A DNA stretch of 64,000 bases from contig NZ_JAQNDL010000004.1 of NCBI RefSeq assembly GCF_028368995.1, forward strand, positions 64,001 through 128,000. Direction: 5' to 3'. Source of the stretch: Nannocystis bainbridge (GTDB taxonomy: Bacteria; Myxococcota_A; Polyangia; Nannocystales; Nannocystaceae). The notes under the pieces were generated by a model. It saw only the letters and a program-made list of their open reading frames with translations, ran no database searches and was not told where the DNA came from. Position numbers and translations under genes: made by a program. Numbering within the stretch: position 1 is the first letter of the stretch; each line of letters opens with the position of its first letter. Of this stretch, positions 23,932-34,869 are shown piece after piece.

Positions 23932-25995
23932 ATGAGCAAACCGGAAGACCAAGCACAAGCAGACCCCCTGCTGGGGACGACTTTCGCTCGGCGCTATCTG
24001 ATCGAGCGCCGGCTCGGCCGCGGTGGGATGGGCGTCGTGTACCAGGCGACGCAGATCGATCTGAATCGTACGGTGGTCCTCAAGGTGCTGGCGCCCGATT
24101 GGGTCGGCGACTCGGAGGCCCTGGCCCGCTTCGAACGCGAGGCCCGCGGGCTGTCCAGCCTGCAGCACCCGAACATCGTGACCATCCACGACTTCGGCAA
24201 GGTCGACGGCCGGGCCTTCATCGTCATGGAGTACGTCCAGGGCGAGACGCTCGACCGCTTTGTCCGCCGCCGCAACCACCTCGTGCTTGGCGACTTCGTG
24301 CCGATCGCGGCGCAGGTGCTCAAGGGCCTCGGCGAGGCTCACTCCCGCGGCATCATCCACCGCGACATCAAGCCCGCCAACATCATGCTGTGCGAGCGGC
24401 AGGGGCGGGCCAACTACGTCAAGATCCTCGACTTCGGGCTCGCCAAGCTGGTGTCCGGCTCGTCCGACATCACCAAGCAGAACGTGCTCGGGACGCCGAC
24501 CTGCCTGTCGCCGGAGCAGATCCTGGGCGAGAAGATCGACCAGCGCGTCGATGTTTACGCGGTCGGCATCCTGTTCTACTTCATGCTGACGGGCGTGATG
24601 CCGTTCCAGGCCGACAACGACGCGTCGGTCCTGTACAAGCACGTCCACGAGAAGCCGCAGCCGATCCAGGATCTGCTGCCGGCCGACAGCGGGGCACCCG
24701 AGGGGGTGCTGGAGCTCATCAGCCGGTGTCTCGAGAAGAGCCGCGAGCGCCGGCCCCGCGACGCCAACGAGGTGGTCGAGGGGCTCATCGATCAGGTGCC
24801 GTTCTCGATGTTCCGCCTGCCGCGGGCGCAGCCGCGGACCGAGCCGCTGGAGCCCGAGGAGCCGCAGAGCAGCACCGAGCACAGCAAGCCGATCCCGTCG
24901 CCCGAGAACATCGTGGTCGGCACGTTCGGCCGGCCGCGGTCGGCACCGGCCGCGGCGGCCGCGCCGCTTGCGCAGGGGATCCCGGGTGGGCCGCAGACGA
25001 TGCCGTCGTCGGTGATGCCGATCACGGCTCAGTTCCCGCAGGCCACGCTCGACCAGCTCAAGGCCCAGGGTATCCCGCTCGAGGGCGGCAGCCTGGTGCA
25101 GAGCCAGGACGGGCGCACGCTGCTGGTGGTCGGACCGCAGGCGCAGGAGGCCGCGGCTCGGCAGCGCACGCTGAACCTCGTCTACGGCGGGGTCGCGGCG
25201 CTCACGGTGATCGCGCTGCTGGTGTTCGTGTTCGGCGGCGGGCCAGGCGAGGCCGAGGCCGACCGCCCGGAGGTGGCGACCCGCGACGAGGGCGGGCGCG
25301 AGCAGCTCGAGGGCAACCTCGACAAGATCGCGCAGCTCATCGACGAGGGCAAGCTGCCGCAGGCGGAGCGCAAGCTCGAGAGCGCGGAGGAGGAGTTCGC
25401 CCGCGACCCCGAGCTGTCCGACCGAGCCGACGAGCTGCGGTCGCGGCTCGAAGTGATGAAGGCGCTGGCCAGCGCCCGCAAGCACGAGCGCGACGGCGAT
25501 CGCATCAGCGCGGTCAAGGGCTACCGCGACGTGCTGGCGCTCGACGCCGGCAACGGCGAGGCCAAGCAGCGGATCAAGGGGCTCTACCCCAACCTCAACC
25601 CCGACATGGGGTTTGCGATCATCACGATCCGCTCGGCGCCGGTGACCGCGGAGGTCACGCTCGACGGCGGGCCGCTCGGCTCGACCCCGATCGAGGTGCC
25701 GCTGCACGCCGGCAAATACACCATCTCGCTCACGGCGCCGGGGTATGGGCCGATGCAAACCGCGCTGAGCGTCAGCGCGGCCAAGGACCAGCCCTACGAT
25801 TACATGCTCAGCAAGTCGGGGGCGCCGGCGAACCCCCAGCCGCAGGTCGAGCAGCCCAGGCAGCCCACGGGCGGCGGGACCAAGCGGCCCGTGGGCGGCG
25901 GGACCAAAAAACCGCCCGACGGGCAGGTCAAGCCGCGGCCCAACCCTGCGCCGGACGACGATTTGTTGCCGGTCGGTCCCAGCAAAAAGCGGTAG
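23932..25995 (+). CDS. Ser/Thr protein kinase with TM segment and C-terminal PEGA-like domain
   Basis: GRGGMGVVY...K (VAIK-like VLK), HRDIKPANIM, DFGLAK, a TM helix AALTVIALLVFVF, and a PEGA-like C-terminus (GKYTISLTAPGYGP). Confidence 0.85.
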   Translation: MSKPEDQAQADPLLGTTFARRYLIERRLGRGGMGVVYQATQIDLNRTVVLKVLAPDWVGDSEALARFEREARGLSSLQHPNIVTIHDFGKVDGRAFIVMEYVQGETLDRFVRRRNHLVLGDFVPIAAQVLKGLGEAHSRGIIHRDIKPANIMLCERQGRANYVKILDFGLAKLVSGSSDITKQNVLGTPTCLSPEQILGEKIDQRVDVYAVGILFYFMLTGVMPFQADNDASVLYKHVHEKPQPIQDLLPADSGAPEGVLELISRCLEKSRERRPRDANEVVEGLIDQVPFSMFRLPRAQPRTEPLEPEEPQSSTEHSKPIPSPENIVVGTFGRPRSAPAAAAAPLAQGIPGGPQTMPSSVMPITAQFPQATLDQLKAQGIPLEGGSLVQSQDGRTLLVVGPQAQEAAARQRTLNLVYGGVAALTVIALLVFVFGGGPGEAEADRPEVATRDEGGREQLEGNLDKIAQLIDEGKLPQAERKLESAEEEFARDPELSDRADELRSRLEVMKALASARKHERDGDRISAVKGYRDVLALDAGNGEAKQRIKGLYPNLNPDMGFAIITIRSAPVTAEVTLDGGPLGSTPIEVPLHAGKYTISLTAPGYGPMQTALSVSAAKDQPYDYMLSKSGAPANPQPQVEQPRQPTGGGTKRPVGGGTKKPPDGQVKPRPNPAPDDDLLPVGPSKKR

Positions 25996-26053
25996 TCTCC
26001 AGCTCTCGGGTTCGCGAGGGTCGCGCGCGTCGACCCGCCCTGAAGGCCCCCCA

Positions 26054-26917
26054 ATGAACAAGCCGATCGTCACTCTCGTGGCCGCTGCTGTCCTCGCCTC
26101 GAGCATGCCCGCCCGCTCGGCAGCGGCTGCGGTGTACGTCCCGATCGCCGTGCGCGCGGCGCTGGCCCAGCCGGCGCCGACCGACGCGAACGGCGAGACG
26201 TTCGAGAGCCTGGCCGAGCAGGCGCGGGCCAAGTACCGCGAGAAGGACTACGCCGGCGCGGTCGTGCTGTTCGAGCGGGCCTACGCGCTCCAGCCCGACC
26301 CGGCGATCCTCTTCAACATCGGCCGGATCCAGGAGCAGGCGAACAACGTCGACGCGGCGATCGCCTACTACCAGAAGTTCATCGCCGACGAGTCGGTCGA
26401 CATCGGCTTGCGCGACACGGCGCTGCAGCGGCTCGCCACGCTCGAGAAGATCGTCGAGATCCGCGAGAAGGAGTCGGCGAAGTCCAAGCCGAAGCCCGAG
26501 CCGAACAAGCAGCCGGAGACCGACCAGCCGGTCGGACCGCAGGTGGGGCCGCAGACGCCGCCGAGCGACGACAAGGCGGCGCAGAACCGGGCCAAGATCA
26601 TGCGGCCGATCGGCTACACGATGGCCGGCGTCGGCGCGGCGCTGCTGATCGGCGGCGGGGTCGCGGGTGGCCTGGCGAAGGGCCAGGAGAACAATTTCGA
26701 GGGCGCGGAGACGCTCGACGAGCAGCGCGAGGCCGGTCGAAAGGGCAGGTCGCTGGCGGCCACCGCCGACGGGCTGTTCATCGCCGGCGGCGTGCTCGCC
26801 GTGGTCGGCCTGGTCCTCATGTTCGTGCCCAAGGCGCGCAAGTCGAAGGCCGTACAGGCGATGCAGCCCAAGGTCTCGCCGAGCCAGCTCGGGCTCGGTT
26901 ACGTCTATCGGTTCTGA
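26054..26917 (+). CDS. TPR-repeat membrane-anchored protein
   Basis: Signal peptide, TPR-like repeats (AYALQPDPAILFNIGRIQEQANNVDAAIAYYQKF), a Pro/Lys-rich linker and a C-terminal TM segment. Confidence 0.6.
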   Translation: MNKPIVTLVAAAVLASSMPARSAAAAVYVPIAVRAALAQPAPTDANGETFESLAEQARAKYREKDYAGAVVLFERAYALQPDPAILFNIGRIQEQANNVDAAIAYYQKFIADESVDIGLRDTALQRLATLEKIVEIREKESAKSKPKPEPNKQPETDQPVGPQVGPQTPPSDDKAAQNRAKIMRPIGYTMAGVGAALLIGGGVAGGLAKGQENNFEGAETLDEQREAGRKGRSLAATADGLFIAGGVLAVVGLVLMFVPKARKSKAVQAMQPKVSPSQLGLGYVYRF

Positions 26918-26943
26918 GCCGCGAACGCTGGAGCTTTGCGACC

Positions 26944-28506
26944 ATGTCGTCTGTCTTCTCGCATCTGCTGGTCCGGTTCTCTGTCTGCGGCGCTCTCGGG
27001 GTGATCGCGGGCGCGTGCTCGGCAACCCTCGACTTCACCGAGTGCTACGACGACGCCGACTGCGCGTCGTTCTTCGACGACGACAAGCCGATGTACTGCG
27101 CAGGCAGCGTCTGCCAGACGCGCGAGAAGGGCTGCGACGCCAACTCGCAGTGCGCGGGCCTCGGCGAGGCGTTCATCTGCGCGACCTCGAGTGCGCCGCG
27201 CAAGTGCGCGTCGACGACGTCCGACGAGTGCGGCGCGCCGATCTATCCCGGCGGGGAGGTCAGCGACGACGTCGCGTTCATCGGCGTGATGCTGCCGAAG
27301 ACCGGCGCCGACGCCGAGCTCGGCGAGGCGATGGAGAAGGGCGTGCTGGCGGCGGTCGAGGAGTTCAACGCCAGCGGCGAGCTGCCGAACGGCGACAAGA
27401 TCGCGCTGGTCGTGTGCGACACCAAGGGCGAGGTCGCGTCGGCGACGTCGGCCGCGCGTCACCTCGGCGACACGCTGACGATCCCGGTCCTCATCGGCCC
27501 GGTCGACGACCTCGAGTTCACCGCGGTCGTCGATCAGGTGACGTTCGCCCAGGGCGTCAACGCGTTCACGATGGGGCCGATGGTCACGGCCGACATGACC
27601 GAGCTCGACACCACGACCGGCAGCGGCCTGGTGTTCCAGGCGATGGCCGGCGCCAAGTACCAGGGCCCCGCGCTGGGCGCCCGGATCGGGGCCGACTTCA
27701 CCGGCGACCCGACGGCCGACGCGGTCCTGCTGCTGTCGGAGGACGCCTACGGCTACGGGCTCTACAACGCGGTGGCGACCGAGGACACGAGCCCCAAGCA
27801 GATCCCGCAGGTCCCGGGCAGCCAGTTCATCGCCTCGTACCGCGGGCTCGACGACGCGGCCAAGGGCGCCAAGGGCAAGCTCGACACGGCGCTCAAGACC
27901 TTCCCGGCGCCGCCGATGCTGATCCTGCTCGGACGCTCCGAGGTGGCCGAGATCATCAAGCACTACAAGTCCACCGGCGCTCCGCTGCCGCAGAAGATCT
28001 ACGTGCCGAAGCGGGCGATGCCGGCGGTCGCGGCGCTGAAGGATCCGGAGCTCGTCGACATCGTCGTCGCCATCGCGCCGGAGCTCGACACGCCGCAGCT
28101 GGCCAAGCTGCGGACCCGGCTCGGCGAGTCGGACCTCGCGCCCGAGGCCGCGCTGGCGTACGACGCGACCATGGCGTCGCTGTTCGGCATGGCCGCGGTG
28201 AAGGCCGACATCATCGTCGGCCTGCGCGTCGCCGACGCGTTCAAGAAGCTGTCCGACAAGGCCGGCGCCGCGATCGATTTCGGCACCGGGCCGAAGATGT
28301 TCGTGCCCGCGGCGCTCACGGCGTTCCAGTCGAACAAGACCGTCGACCTGGTCGGCATCACCGGCGCGCTCGACTTCGACACCCGCGGCGAGGTGTGCAG
28401 CCCGATCGCCGCCTACAAGCTCGACGGCAAGGGCGGCTGGACGAAGACCGCCGTGTACACGCCGGCCTGCCCGGATGCCTCCGGCACCTGGGCGCCCGCG
28501 CCCTGA
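26944..28506 (+). CDS. periplasmic-binding-protein type-1 (Leu/Ile/Val-binding-like) lipoprotein with Cys-rich N-terminal module
   Basis: Lipobox IAGAC, an N-terminal 10-Cys module, then a PBP1 fold (IGVMLPKTGADAELG...). Confidence 0.65.
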   Translation: MSSVFSHLLVRFSVCGALGVIAGACSATLDFTECYDDADCASFFDDDKPMYCAGSVCQTREKGCDANSQCAGLGEAFICATSSAPRKCASTTSDECGAPIYPGGEVSDDVAFIGVMLPKTGADAELGEAMEKGVLAAVEEFNASGELPNGDKIALVVCDTKGEVASATSAARHLGDTLTIPVLIGPVDDLEFTAVVDQVTFAQGVNAFTMGPMVTADMTELDTTTGSGLVFQAMAGAKYQGPALGARIGADFTGDPTADAVLLLSEDAYGYGLYNAVATEDTSPKQIPQVPGSQFIASYRGLDDAAKGAKGKLDTALKTFPAPPMLILLGRSEVAEIIKHYKSTGAPLPQKIYVPKRAMPAVAALKDPELVDIVVAIAPELDTPQLAKLRTRLGESDLAPEAALAYDATMASLFGMAAVKADIIVGLRVADAFKKLSDKAGAAIDFGTGPKMFVPAALTAFQSNKTVDLVGITGALDFDTRGEVCSPIAAYKLDGKGGWTKTAVYTPACPDASGTWAPAP

Positions 28507-28530
28507 GGCGAGGCGCCCGCAGGAGGTGAC

Positions 28531-28672
28531 CGCCAGGACATGTCCTGGCGGTCATGCTGCTTTCGGGCACCGTGTCGCGCGGTCGCCGAGGCGCGCTCGG
28601 CGGCCATGGCTCAAGGGACATGCTCGAACGGGCATGTCCGCTCGGACATGCCCGTGTGGACATGCCTCGAAG
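28531..28672. repeat. cluster of GGACATGTCC-family units
   Basis: ccaggacatgtcctggcggtcatgc ... gggacatgctcgaacgggcatgtccgctcggacatgcccgtgtggacatgcc, in the convergent junction between the PBP and acyl-CoA dehydrogenase genes. Confidence 0.8.
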
Positions 28673-28673
28673 G

Positions 28674-30482
28674 TCAGCCGAACAGGCTCGGGTCGAGCGC
28701 GCTCTCGTCGTTCGACTGGATGCTCTTGCCGAGGGCGATCGCCTGGGGGAGCAGGGCGGCGACGAAGAACTCGAGGTTGCGCTGCTTGCCGACCAGGAGC
28801 GGCTCGTCGCCGCGGGTCTCGCGGAGGCGGGCGGCGACCAGCGCCTGCTCGACGGTCTCGAGGGCGAGCAGGACCAGGCCGAACATGCGGGTGAACGGGA
28901 CGGCCTGCGTCATCGCGGCCTCGACCTTGCGCGCCTTGCCGAGGCCCGCGAGGTGCATCGCGCTGGCGGCCAGCAGCTGCACGGCCTTGCCGATCGCCTC
29001 GGCGGGGCCGGCGAGCCCGGCCTCGGCGGCGACGGTGAGCCGGCCCTGGGCCTCCTGCATCCAGTCGATGAACAGCGCGCCGCCGCTGACCCGCAGCTTG
29101 CGGCCGACCAGGTCCATCGCCTGGATGCCGTTGGTGCCCTCGTAGATCGAGCAGATCTTGACGTCGCGGACGAGCTGCTCGACGGGGTACTCGCCGATGT
29201 AGCCGTAGCCGCCGTAGACCTGGACCGCGCTGACTGCGACCTCGAAGCCGAGGTCGGTGCAGGTGGCCTTGAGGATCGGCGTGAGCAGGTCGACGCGGCC
29301 GCGCAGGCGCTCGCGCTCGGCCGGGTCCTCGGCGGCGTGCTCGCGGTCGACGACCAGCGCCATGCGCAGCAGCAGCGACCGCATCGCCTCGACGTAGACC
29401 TTCTGCGTCATCAGCATGCGGCGGACGTCGGGGTGCTGGACGATCGCCACGCTCGGCGCGTCCTGGCTGCGAGCCTCGCGGATCGACTGGCCCTGGATCC
29501 GCTCGTGGGCGTAGCCGCGGGCGAAGTTGTAGGCCGCGGCCGCGATCGCGTGGCCCTGCACGGCGACGCCGAGGCGCGCCTCGTTCATCATCAGGAACAT
29601 CAGCTCGATGCCCTGGTTCTCCTGGCCGAGCAGGACGCCGCGGCACGGGGCGTCGCCGCCGAGGCCGAGCACGCAGGTCGAGGAGCCGTGGATGCCCATC
29701 TTCTCCTCGATGCGCAGGACGGTGGCGCCGTTGCGGGCCCCGAGCGCGCCGCCGGCGTCGAACTCGAACTTCGGGACCATGAAGAGCGACAGGCCCTTGG
29801 TCCCCTTGCCGGCGTTCGGGGTGCGGGCGAGCACCAGGTGGACGATGTTGGCGGTGAGATCCTGGTCGCCGCCGCTGATGAAGATCTTCTCGCCCTCGAG
29901 CAGATAAACGCCGGGCTCATCCGTGGGGGTGGCACGACAGCGGTTGTCGCCGACCGAGCTGCCGGCGCCGGCCTCGGTGAGGCACATGGTCCCGCCCCAC
30001 TCGCCGGTGAACATCTTGCGGGCGACCATCTCCCGCGTGGCCGCCGGGCCGTGGTCGACGATGACCCGCGCGGCGCCGACGGTGAGGCCGGGGTACATCA
30101 TGAACGCCATGCAGGCGCCGCACAGCATCTCGCTCAGGCTGAGATGGATGGCGAAGGGCAGGCCGCTGCCGCCGAGCTCGCTGGGCGCCGAGGGCGCCAG
30201 CCAGCCGCCGTCGCGCAGGACCTCCCAGGCCTCGCGGTAGCCCTTCGGGGTCGTCACGTTGCCCTGGCCGTCGAAGTGGCAGCCCTCGCGATCGCCCGGG
30301 GCGTTGATCGGCGCCAGGACCTCCCGCGCCAGCCGCTCGCCCTCGGCGAGGGTGGCCTCGTAGACCTCGCGGTCGAGGTCGGCGAAGCGGGGGATCGCCG
30401 CGAGCTGCTCGTGGGCGGCGAGTTGGTCGAAGAGGACGAAATGGAGATCGCGGAGGTCGACGGAGAAGCTGGAGGTGCTCAC
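28674..30482 (-). CDS. acyl-CoA dehydrogenase (long form, about 600 aa)
   Basis: ACAD N, middle and C domains plus a C-terminal extension. Confidence 0.85.
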   Translation of the reverse strand: MSTSSFSVDLRDLHFVLFDQLAAHEQLAAIPRFADLDREVYEATLAEGERLAREVLAPINAPGDREGCHFDGQGNVTTPKGYREAWEVLRDGGWLAPSAPSELGGSGLPFAIHLSLSEMLCGACMAFMMYPGLTVGAARVIVDHGPAATREMVARKMFTGEWGGTMCLTEAGAGSSVGDNRCRATPTDEPGVYLLEGEKIFISGGDQDLTANIVHLVLARTPNAGKGTKGLSLFMVPKFEFDAGGALGARNGATVLRIEEKMGIHGSSTCVLGLGGDAPCRGVLLGQENQGIELMFLMMNEARLGVAVQGHAIAAAAYNFARGYAHERIQGQSIREARSQDAPSVAIVQHPDVRRMLMTQKVYVEAMRSLLLRMALVVDREHAAEDPAERERLRGRVDLLTPILKATCTDLGFEVAVSAVQVYGGYGYIGEYPVEQLVRDVKICSIYEGTNGIQAMDLVGRKLRVSGGALFIDWMQEAQGRLTVAAEAGLAGPAEAIGKAVQLLAASAMHLAGLGKARKVEAAMTQAVPFTRMFGLVLLALETVEQALVAARLRETRGDEPLLVGKQRNLEFFVAALLPQAIALGKSIQSNDESALDPSLFG

Positions 30483-30636
30483 GATTCCTCGCTTTGGGCC
30501 GCGGCGCGCAGGCGCCGTCGCACTGTGTTACTTCCTCGAACCGAGGGCGTCCAGGCCACAGGCACGGGCTCGCGCCGAAGTTCGGGGGATCGGGCCCCCA
30601 AAGCGGGCGGGCCTCGCTTCCACGCGGTTCGTGAGG

Positions 30637-31284
30637 ATGCAACCGTCGGCGACGCGCCCCCGAGCGACGAGGACCGCCAAATTGTCACGCGTGGCGCAGG
30701 TGCTCCTGTTCAACAAGCCCTACGGGGTGCTGACCCAATTCACGGATCGCGAGGGGCGGCCGACGTTGGCGAATTTCATCGAAGTCCCGGGCGTCTACGC
30801 CGCCGGGCGCCTCGATTTCGACAGCGAGGGCCTGGTGCTGCTGACCGACGATGGGGCCTTGCAGCACCAGCTCAGCGATCCGCGCCACAAGTGGCCGAAG
30901 ACGTATTGGGTGCAGGTCGAGGGCACGGCCCAGGAGACGGCGCTGGACCGCCTGCGGGCCGGGGTGGTCCTGCGTGACGGCCCGACCGCGCCCGCCGAGG
31001 TGAGGCTCATGGACCCACCGCCATTGTGGGAGCGAACGCCGCCGATCCGCACGCGGCTGTCGATCCCGACCTGCTGGTTGGAGCTGGTGCTGCGCGAGGG
31101 CCGAAACCGCCAGGTGCGGCGCATGACGGCCGCGGTCGGGCTGCCGACGCTGCGTCTGGTTCGCTGGGCGATCGGACCCTGGACGCTCGAGGGTCTCGCG
31201 CCAGGGCAGTGGCGGGCGCTCACGGCCGAGGAGGCGCGGTCCCGGGGTCCGCGCCAGCTTTTCCGCCCGCGGCGGCCGTGCTAG
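30637..31284 (+). CDS. rluE: 23S rRNA pseudouridine synthase (RluE/RsuA family)
   Basis: [16 protein letters not shown]...[21 protein letters not shown]...YWVQVEG, co-linear with E. coli RluE. Start at ATG 30637. The upstream ORF part is discarded. Confidence 0.8.
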   Translation: MQPSATRPRATRTAKLSRVAQVLLFNKPYGVLTQFTDREGRPTLANFIEVPGVYAAGRLDFDSEGLVLLTDDGALQHQLSDPRHKWPKTYWVQVEGTAQETALDRLRAGVVLRDGPTAPAEVRLMDPPPLWERTPPIRTRLSIPTCWLELVLREGRNRQVRRMTAAVGLPTLRLVRWAIGPWTLEGLAPGQWRALTAEEARSRGPRQLFRPRRPC

Positions 31285-31299
31285 CGTCCGACGAGCGCG

Positions 31300-33354
31300 A
31301 TGGCGACGAACGAAGGGAGCCGCGACTCCGGCCAGGCTGGCGAGGATCGATCGGGGCCGCGGTTGACCGCGGTCATCGTCGATCCTCCGGACTCGCTCCC
31401 GTCGGCGCCCGTGGTCGTGCCCGGCGGCGACGACGATTTCGCGGAGGAGTACGAGGCGGCGCTCGAGAACCAAATCTCGGCGGCGCACTTCTCGATCGAG
31501 CTCGGTCGGGTATCCCAGGAGGTCGAGAGCGACGGAGCGCCGACCAGCGTGGACGGCGAGCCCCAGGGCGAGGACGTCGAGACCGTCGAGCGCACCGCGG
31601 CCCAGAGCCTCAGGGGCAAGGCGGCGGCCAAGCGTGACGGTCTGTTCGGCCAGGTGCTGGCCGACCGCTACCGGATCCTCGATCTCATCGGCAAGGGCGG
31701 GATGGGCAAGGTCTACCTCGCCGAGCACGTGGCGCTCGGCAAGAGGGTCGCCGTCAAGGTCCTGAACCCGGCCTATACCAACCGCCCCGATCAGGTGAAG
31801 CGGTTCCTCCGCGAGGCCCGGGCGGCGTCGACGATCGGCCACGAGAACGTCATCGACATCACCGACTTCGGGGCGATGCCCAACGGCCAGGTGTTCTTCG
31901 CCATGGAGCACCTGCAGGGCGACGACCTCGGCAAGATCCTCAAGAAGGGGCCGATGACGTGGGCGCGGGCCCGGCGGGTGATGCTGCAGATCTGCCGCGC
32001 GCTGCAGGCCGCCCACACCCACGGGATCATCCACCGGGACATGAAGCCGGAGAACTGCTTCCTGATCCAGCGCAACGGGATCCGCGACTTCGTCAAGGTG
32101 CTCGACTTCGGGATCGCCAAGTTCCTCGAGGAGAACCGCGACGGCGGCACCAACCCGCTGACGCAGGTGGGGGCGCTGATCGGCACGCCGGAGTACATGG
32201 CGCCCGAGCAGATCCACGGCGACCCGGCCGACCAGCGGATGGACATCTACGCGGTCGGCTGCATCCTCTATCAGCTGCTCACCGGCAACCTCCCGTTCAC
32301 CGACAAGACGATGTACGGGGTGCTGTCGCAGCAGGTGAACGCCAAGCCGGTGCCGCCGCGGCAGCTGGCGCCCGACGCCGACATCCCGGTCGAGGTCGAG
32401 GCGGTCATCCTCAAGGCGATGGAGAAGGACAAGACCCAGCGTTATCAGACGATGGGCGAGCTGATCGAGGCGATCGTCGCCACGCCGCGCGGGACCGCCG
32501 TCGACGCCGGGCGGACGACGACCAACCTCGAGGCGGCGGCCCAGGCGGCGCGCCTGGCCGTGGGCATGGGCATGGGCGGGTCGCTGAGCGCGGGCCCCAA
32601 CCCGGTGACGCCCGACGATTCGTTGCTGACGCAAGGACTCAGCAGCGCCTCGGGCCTGCGCCCGACGTCGCTGTCGCTGCCGTGGCGCGGCGGGACGATG
32701 GACGCGCAGATGCTGACGCGCCTGGTGTTCGGCCTCGGCGCGGTGGTGCTGGCGCTGGTGGTCGGGCTGGTGTGCGCGCTCAACCGCGGCGACGACCCGA
32801 AGCCGCCGGTCGACAAGCCGAGCGAGCTGGCGGCGGCCTCGGCGGGCGCGCCCGAGGCGGTGAAGCCGGTCGAGACGGCGCCCGAGACCCAGATCGAGGC
32901 CAAGCCGGACACGAAGGTCGAGCCGACGGCCGAGCCGAAGAAGCCGGACGACGAGCCGCCGATCGTGGTCGACGACGAGGCCAAGAAAGATCCGGCCAGC
33001 AAGAAGCCGGTCGAGGCCAAGAAGCCGCCGCCGGTCAAGAAGTCCGAGCCGGCCACGCCGAAGAACGAAGAGGCGTCGGCCAACTGGCCCGAGCTGCTGG
33101 GGCCGATGGAGCGCTCGCAGGCGCTGAAGAGCTATCGCGCCGAGTTCGAGACCTGCCGGACGATCAGCACCCCGAAGGGCAAGACCTACAAGCTGCGGCT
33201 CAAGGTCGACGGGCCCAAGGGTCGGGTCACCGACGCGACCTCCGACGACACGAGCGCGGAGGCGAAGTGCCTGGCGCGGGCCTTCAAGACCAAGGTCCGG
33301 TTCGTGAACTCTCGCAAGACGCCGCAAGAGTTCACGATCGTCGTGCCGCTCTGA
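31300..33354 (+). CDS. Ser/Thr protein kinase with TM segment
   Basis: GKGGMGKVY, HRDMKPEN, DFGIAK and APE motifs. TM helix VFGLGAVVLALVVGLV. Lys/Pro-rich tail. Confidence 0.85.
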   Translation: MATNEGSRDSGQAGEDRSGPRLTAVIVDPPDSLPSAPVVVPGGDDDFAEEYEAALENQISAAHFSIELGRVSQEVESDGAPTSVDGEPQGEDVETVERTAAQSLRGKAAAKRDGLFGQVLADRYRILDLIGKGGMGKVYLAEHVALGKRVAVKVLNPAYTNRPDQVKRFLREARAASTIGHENVIDITDFGAMPNGQVFFAMEHLQGDDLGKILKKGPMTWARARRVMLQICRALQAAHTHGIIHRDMKPENCFLIQRNGIRDFVKVLDFGIAKFLEENRDGGTNPLTQVGALIGTPEYMAPEQIHGDPADQRMDIYAVGCILYQLLTGNLPFTDKTMYGVLSQQVNAKPVPPRQLAPDADIPVEVEAVILKAMEKDKTQRYQTMGELIEAIVATPRGTAVDAGRTTTNLEAAAQAARLAVGMGMGGSLSAGPNPVTPDDSLLTQGLSSASGLRPTSLSLPWRGGTMDAQMLTRLVFGLGAVVLALVVGLVCALNRGDDPKPPVDKPSELAAASAGAPEAVKPVETAPETQIEAKPDTKVEPTAEPKKPDDEPPIVVDDEAKKDPASKKPVEAKKPPPVKKSEPATPKNEEASANWPELLGPMERSQALKSYRAEFETCRTISTPKGKTYKLRLKVDGPKGRVTDATSDDTSAEAKCLARAFKTKVRFVNSRKTPQEFTIVVPL

Positions 33355-34661
33355 TGCGGGTCGCGTTCAGCACGCTCGGCTGCCGCCTCAACCAGTTCGA
33401 GTCCGACGCCCTCGAACAGATGGCCCGCGCGGCCGGCCACACGGTCGTCGACGCCGAGGCCGCGCCCGAGGTCGTGGTCGTCAACACCTGCACGATCACC
33501 CACGAGGCCGACGCCGACGCCCGTCAGCACGTCCGCCGGGCCGCGCGTGCCGGGGCTCGCGTGGTGGTCACCGGTTGCTGGGCGACGGCCGCCCCGGCCG
33601 AGGCGGCGGCGCTGCCCGGAGTGGCGTTGGTGGTCGGCAACCGCGAGAAGGAGCGGCTCTTCGACATGCTCGGAGAGACATGTTCTGAAGAACATGTCCC
33701 GGAGATCCACGTGGCGCCGGTCGACCTGCTGCGGCGGGTCCGCGTGGCCCGGCTGCGCCCGGCCGCCGACCCGCGCCGCAGCCGGGCGTACCTGAAGATC
33801 CAGGACGGCTGCGACTACCGCTGCAGCTTCTGCGTGGTGCCGCAGGTGCGGGGTCGCAGCGCGAGCGTGGCGCCGGACGAGGTGCAGGCGCAGCTGCGGG
33901 AGCTCGTCGCGGCCGGGGTGCCGGAGGTCGTGCTGACCGGGGTGCACCTCGGGATCTACGGCCGCGACCTGCGGCCGCGCGCGACGCTCTCGGGGCTGGT
34001 AGAGGGCCTGCTGCCGCAGCTCGGCGCGGCGCGGCTGCGGCTTGGTTCGGTCGATCCGCACGAGGTCGACGAGCGGTTGATCGCGCTGCTCGCGAGCGAC
34101 CCGCGGCTGTGCCCGTACCTCCACTTGCCGGTGCAGAGCGGCGACGACGACACGCTGCGTCGGATGCGACGGGCGCACACCGCCGCCGACCTGCGGGCGC
34201 TGGTGCCTCGCCTGGCGGTCGCGGTGCCGGGCATCGGCGTGGGCACCGACGTGATCGTCGGCTTCCCCGGCGAGTCGGACGAGGCGTTCGCGGCCACCCA
34301 CGCGCTGCTGGCCGCGCTGCCGCTGGCGTACCTGCACGTGTTCGCTTACTCGCCGCGCGCGGGCACCGATGCGGCCTGTCTCTCGGGACAGATCGATGCG
34401 GCGGTCAAGCAGACGCGGGGTGCGGCGCTGCGGGCCCTGTCGGCGAGCAAGCAGCGGGCGTTCGCGGCCGGGCAGGTCGGTCGCACGCTGGCCGCCGTGA
34501 TCCACCGGACGCGCCACCGCCGGACGGGGCTGCTGGTCGGTCGCGCGGGCAACGGGCTGACGGTGCTGCTGCCGGGCGGCGAGGCGCTGCTGGGCCGGGC
34601 GGTGCACGTCGAGGTCGAGCGCGCCGAGGGGACGCTGGCGGTCGGTCGCGCGGTCGCGTGA
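33354..34661 (+). CDS. mtaB: tRNA methylthiotransferase MtaB-like (MiaB-like radical SAM)
   Basis: MTTase N-terminal domain, radical-SAM CDYRCSFC and a TRAM-like C-terminus. TGATG junction with the kinase gene. Confidence 0.85.
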   Translation: MRVAFSTLGCRLNQFESDALEQMARAAGHTVVDAEAAPEVVVVNTCTITHEADADARQHVRRAARAGARVVVTGCWATAAPAEAAALPGVALVVGNREKERLFDMLGETCSEEHVPEIHVAPVDLLRRVRVARLRPAADPRRSRAYLKIQDGCDYRCSFCVVPQVRGRSASVAPDEVQAQLRELVAAGVPEVVLTGVHLGIYGRDLRPRATLSGLVEGLLPQLGAARLRLGSVDPHEVDERLIALLASDPRLCPYLHLPVQSGDDDTLRRMRRAHTAADLRALVPRLAVAVPGIGVGTDVIVGFPGESDEAFAATHALLAALPLAYLHVFAYSPRAGTDAACLSGQIDAAVKQTRGAALRALSASKQRAFAAGQVGRTLAAVIHRTRHRRTGLLVGRAGNGLTVLLPGGEALLGRAVHVEVERAEGTLAVGRAVA

Positions 34662-34690
34662 GCGTGCGTGGCGCTGATGATCGCGAGCTC

Positions 34691-34806
34691 GCGGTCGCGT
34701 GCGAGCTAGCGAGGCCGCGCGACTCGGCGGTCGCGTGCGAGCTAGCGAGGCCGCGCGACTCGGCGGTCGCGTGCGAGCTAGCGAGGCGACGCGACGCGGT
34801 GGTCGC
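34691..34806. repeat. 38-bp tandem repeat, about 3 copies
   Basis: GGTCGCGTGCGAGCTAGCGAGGCCGCGCGACTCGGC is repeated directly, and the third copy is degenerate. It lies in the convergent intergenic region between mtaB and the MBL gene. Confidence 0.7.
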
Positions 34807-34840
34807 GTCGTCACGAGCCGAGCCGGGGCCAGGCTGGCCG

Positions 34841-34866
34841 CGAGGACATGTCCTGGCGGCCAGACG
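34841..34866. repeat. single GGACATGTCCTGGCGG unit
   Basis: cgaggacatgtcctggcggcc is almost identical to the unit at 28533-28553. It sits immediately 3' of the MBL gene. Confidence 0.7.
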
Positions 34867-34869
34867 GGC

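Noticed and set aside
33663-33703. Repeat-like sequence gacatgctcggagagacatgttctgaagaacatgtccc inside mtaB, considered as a second in-frame insertion.
   Set aside because: The encoded linker (REKERLFDMLGETCSEEHVPEIHVAP) has the same length as the equivalent linker in MtaB homologues as I recall them, for example B. subtilis YqeV, so there is no extra segment. It is probably native coding sequence that resembles the motif because GAC-ATG-TCC (D-M-S) codons are favoured.
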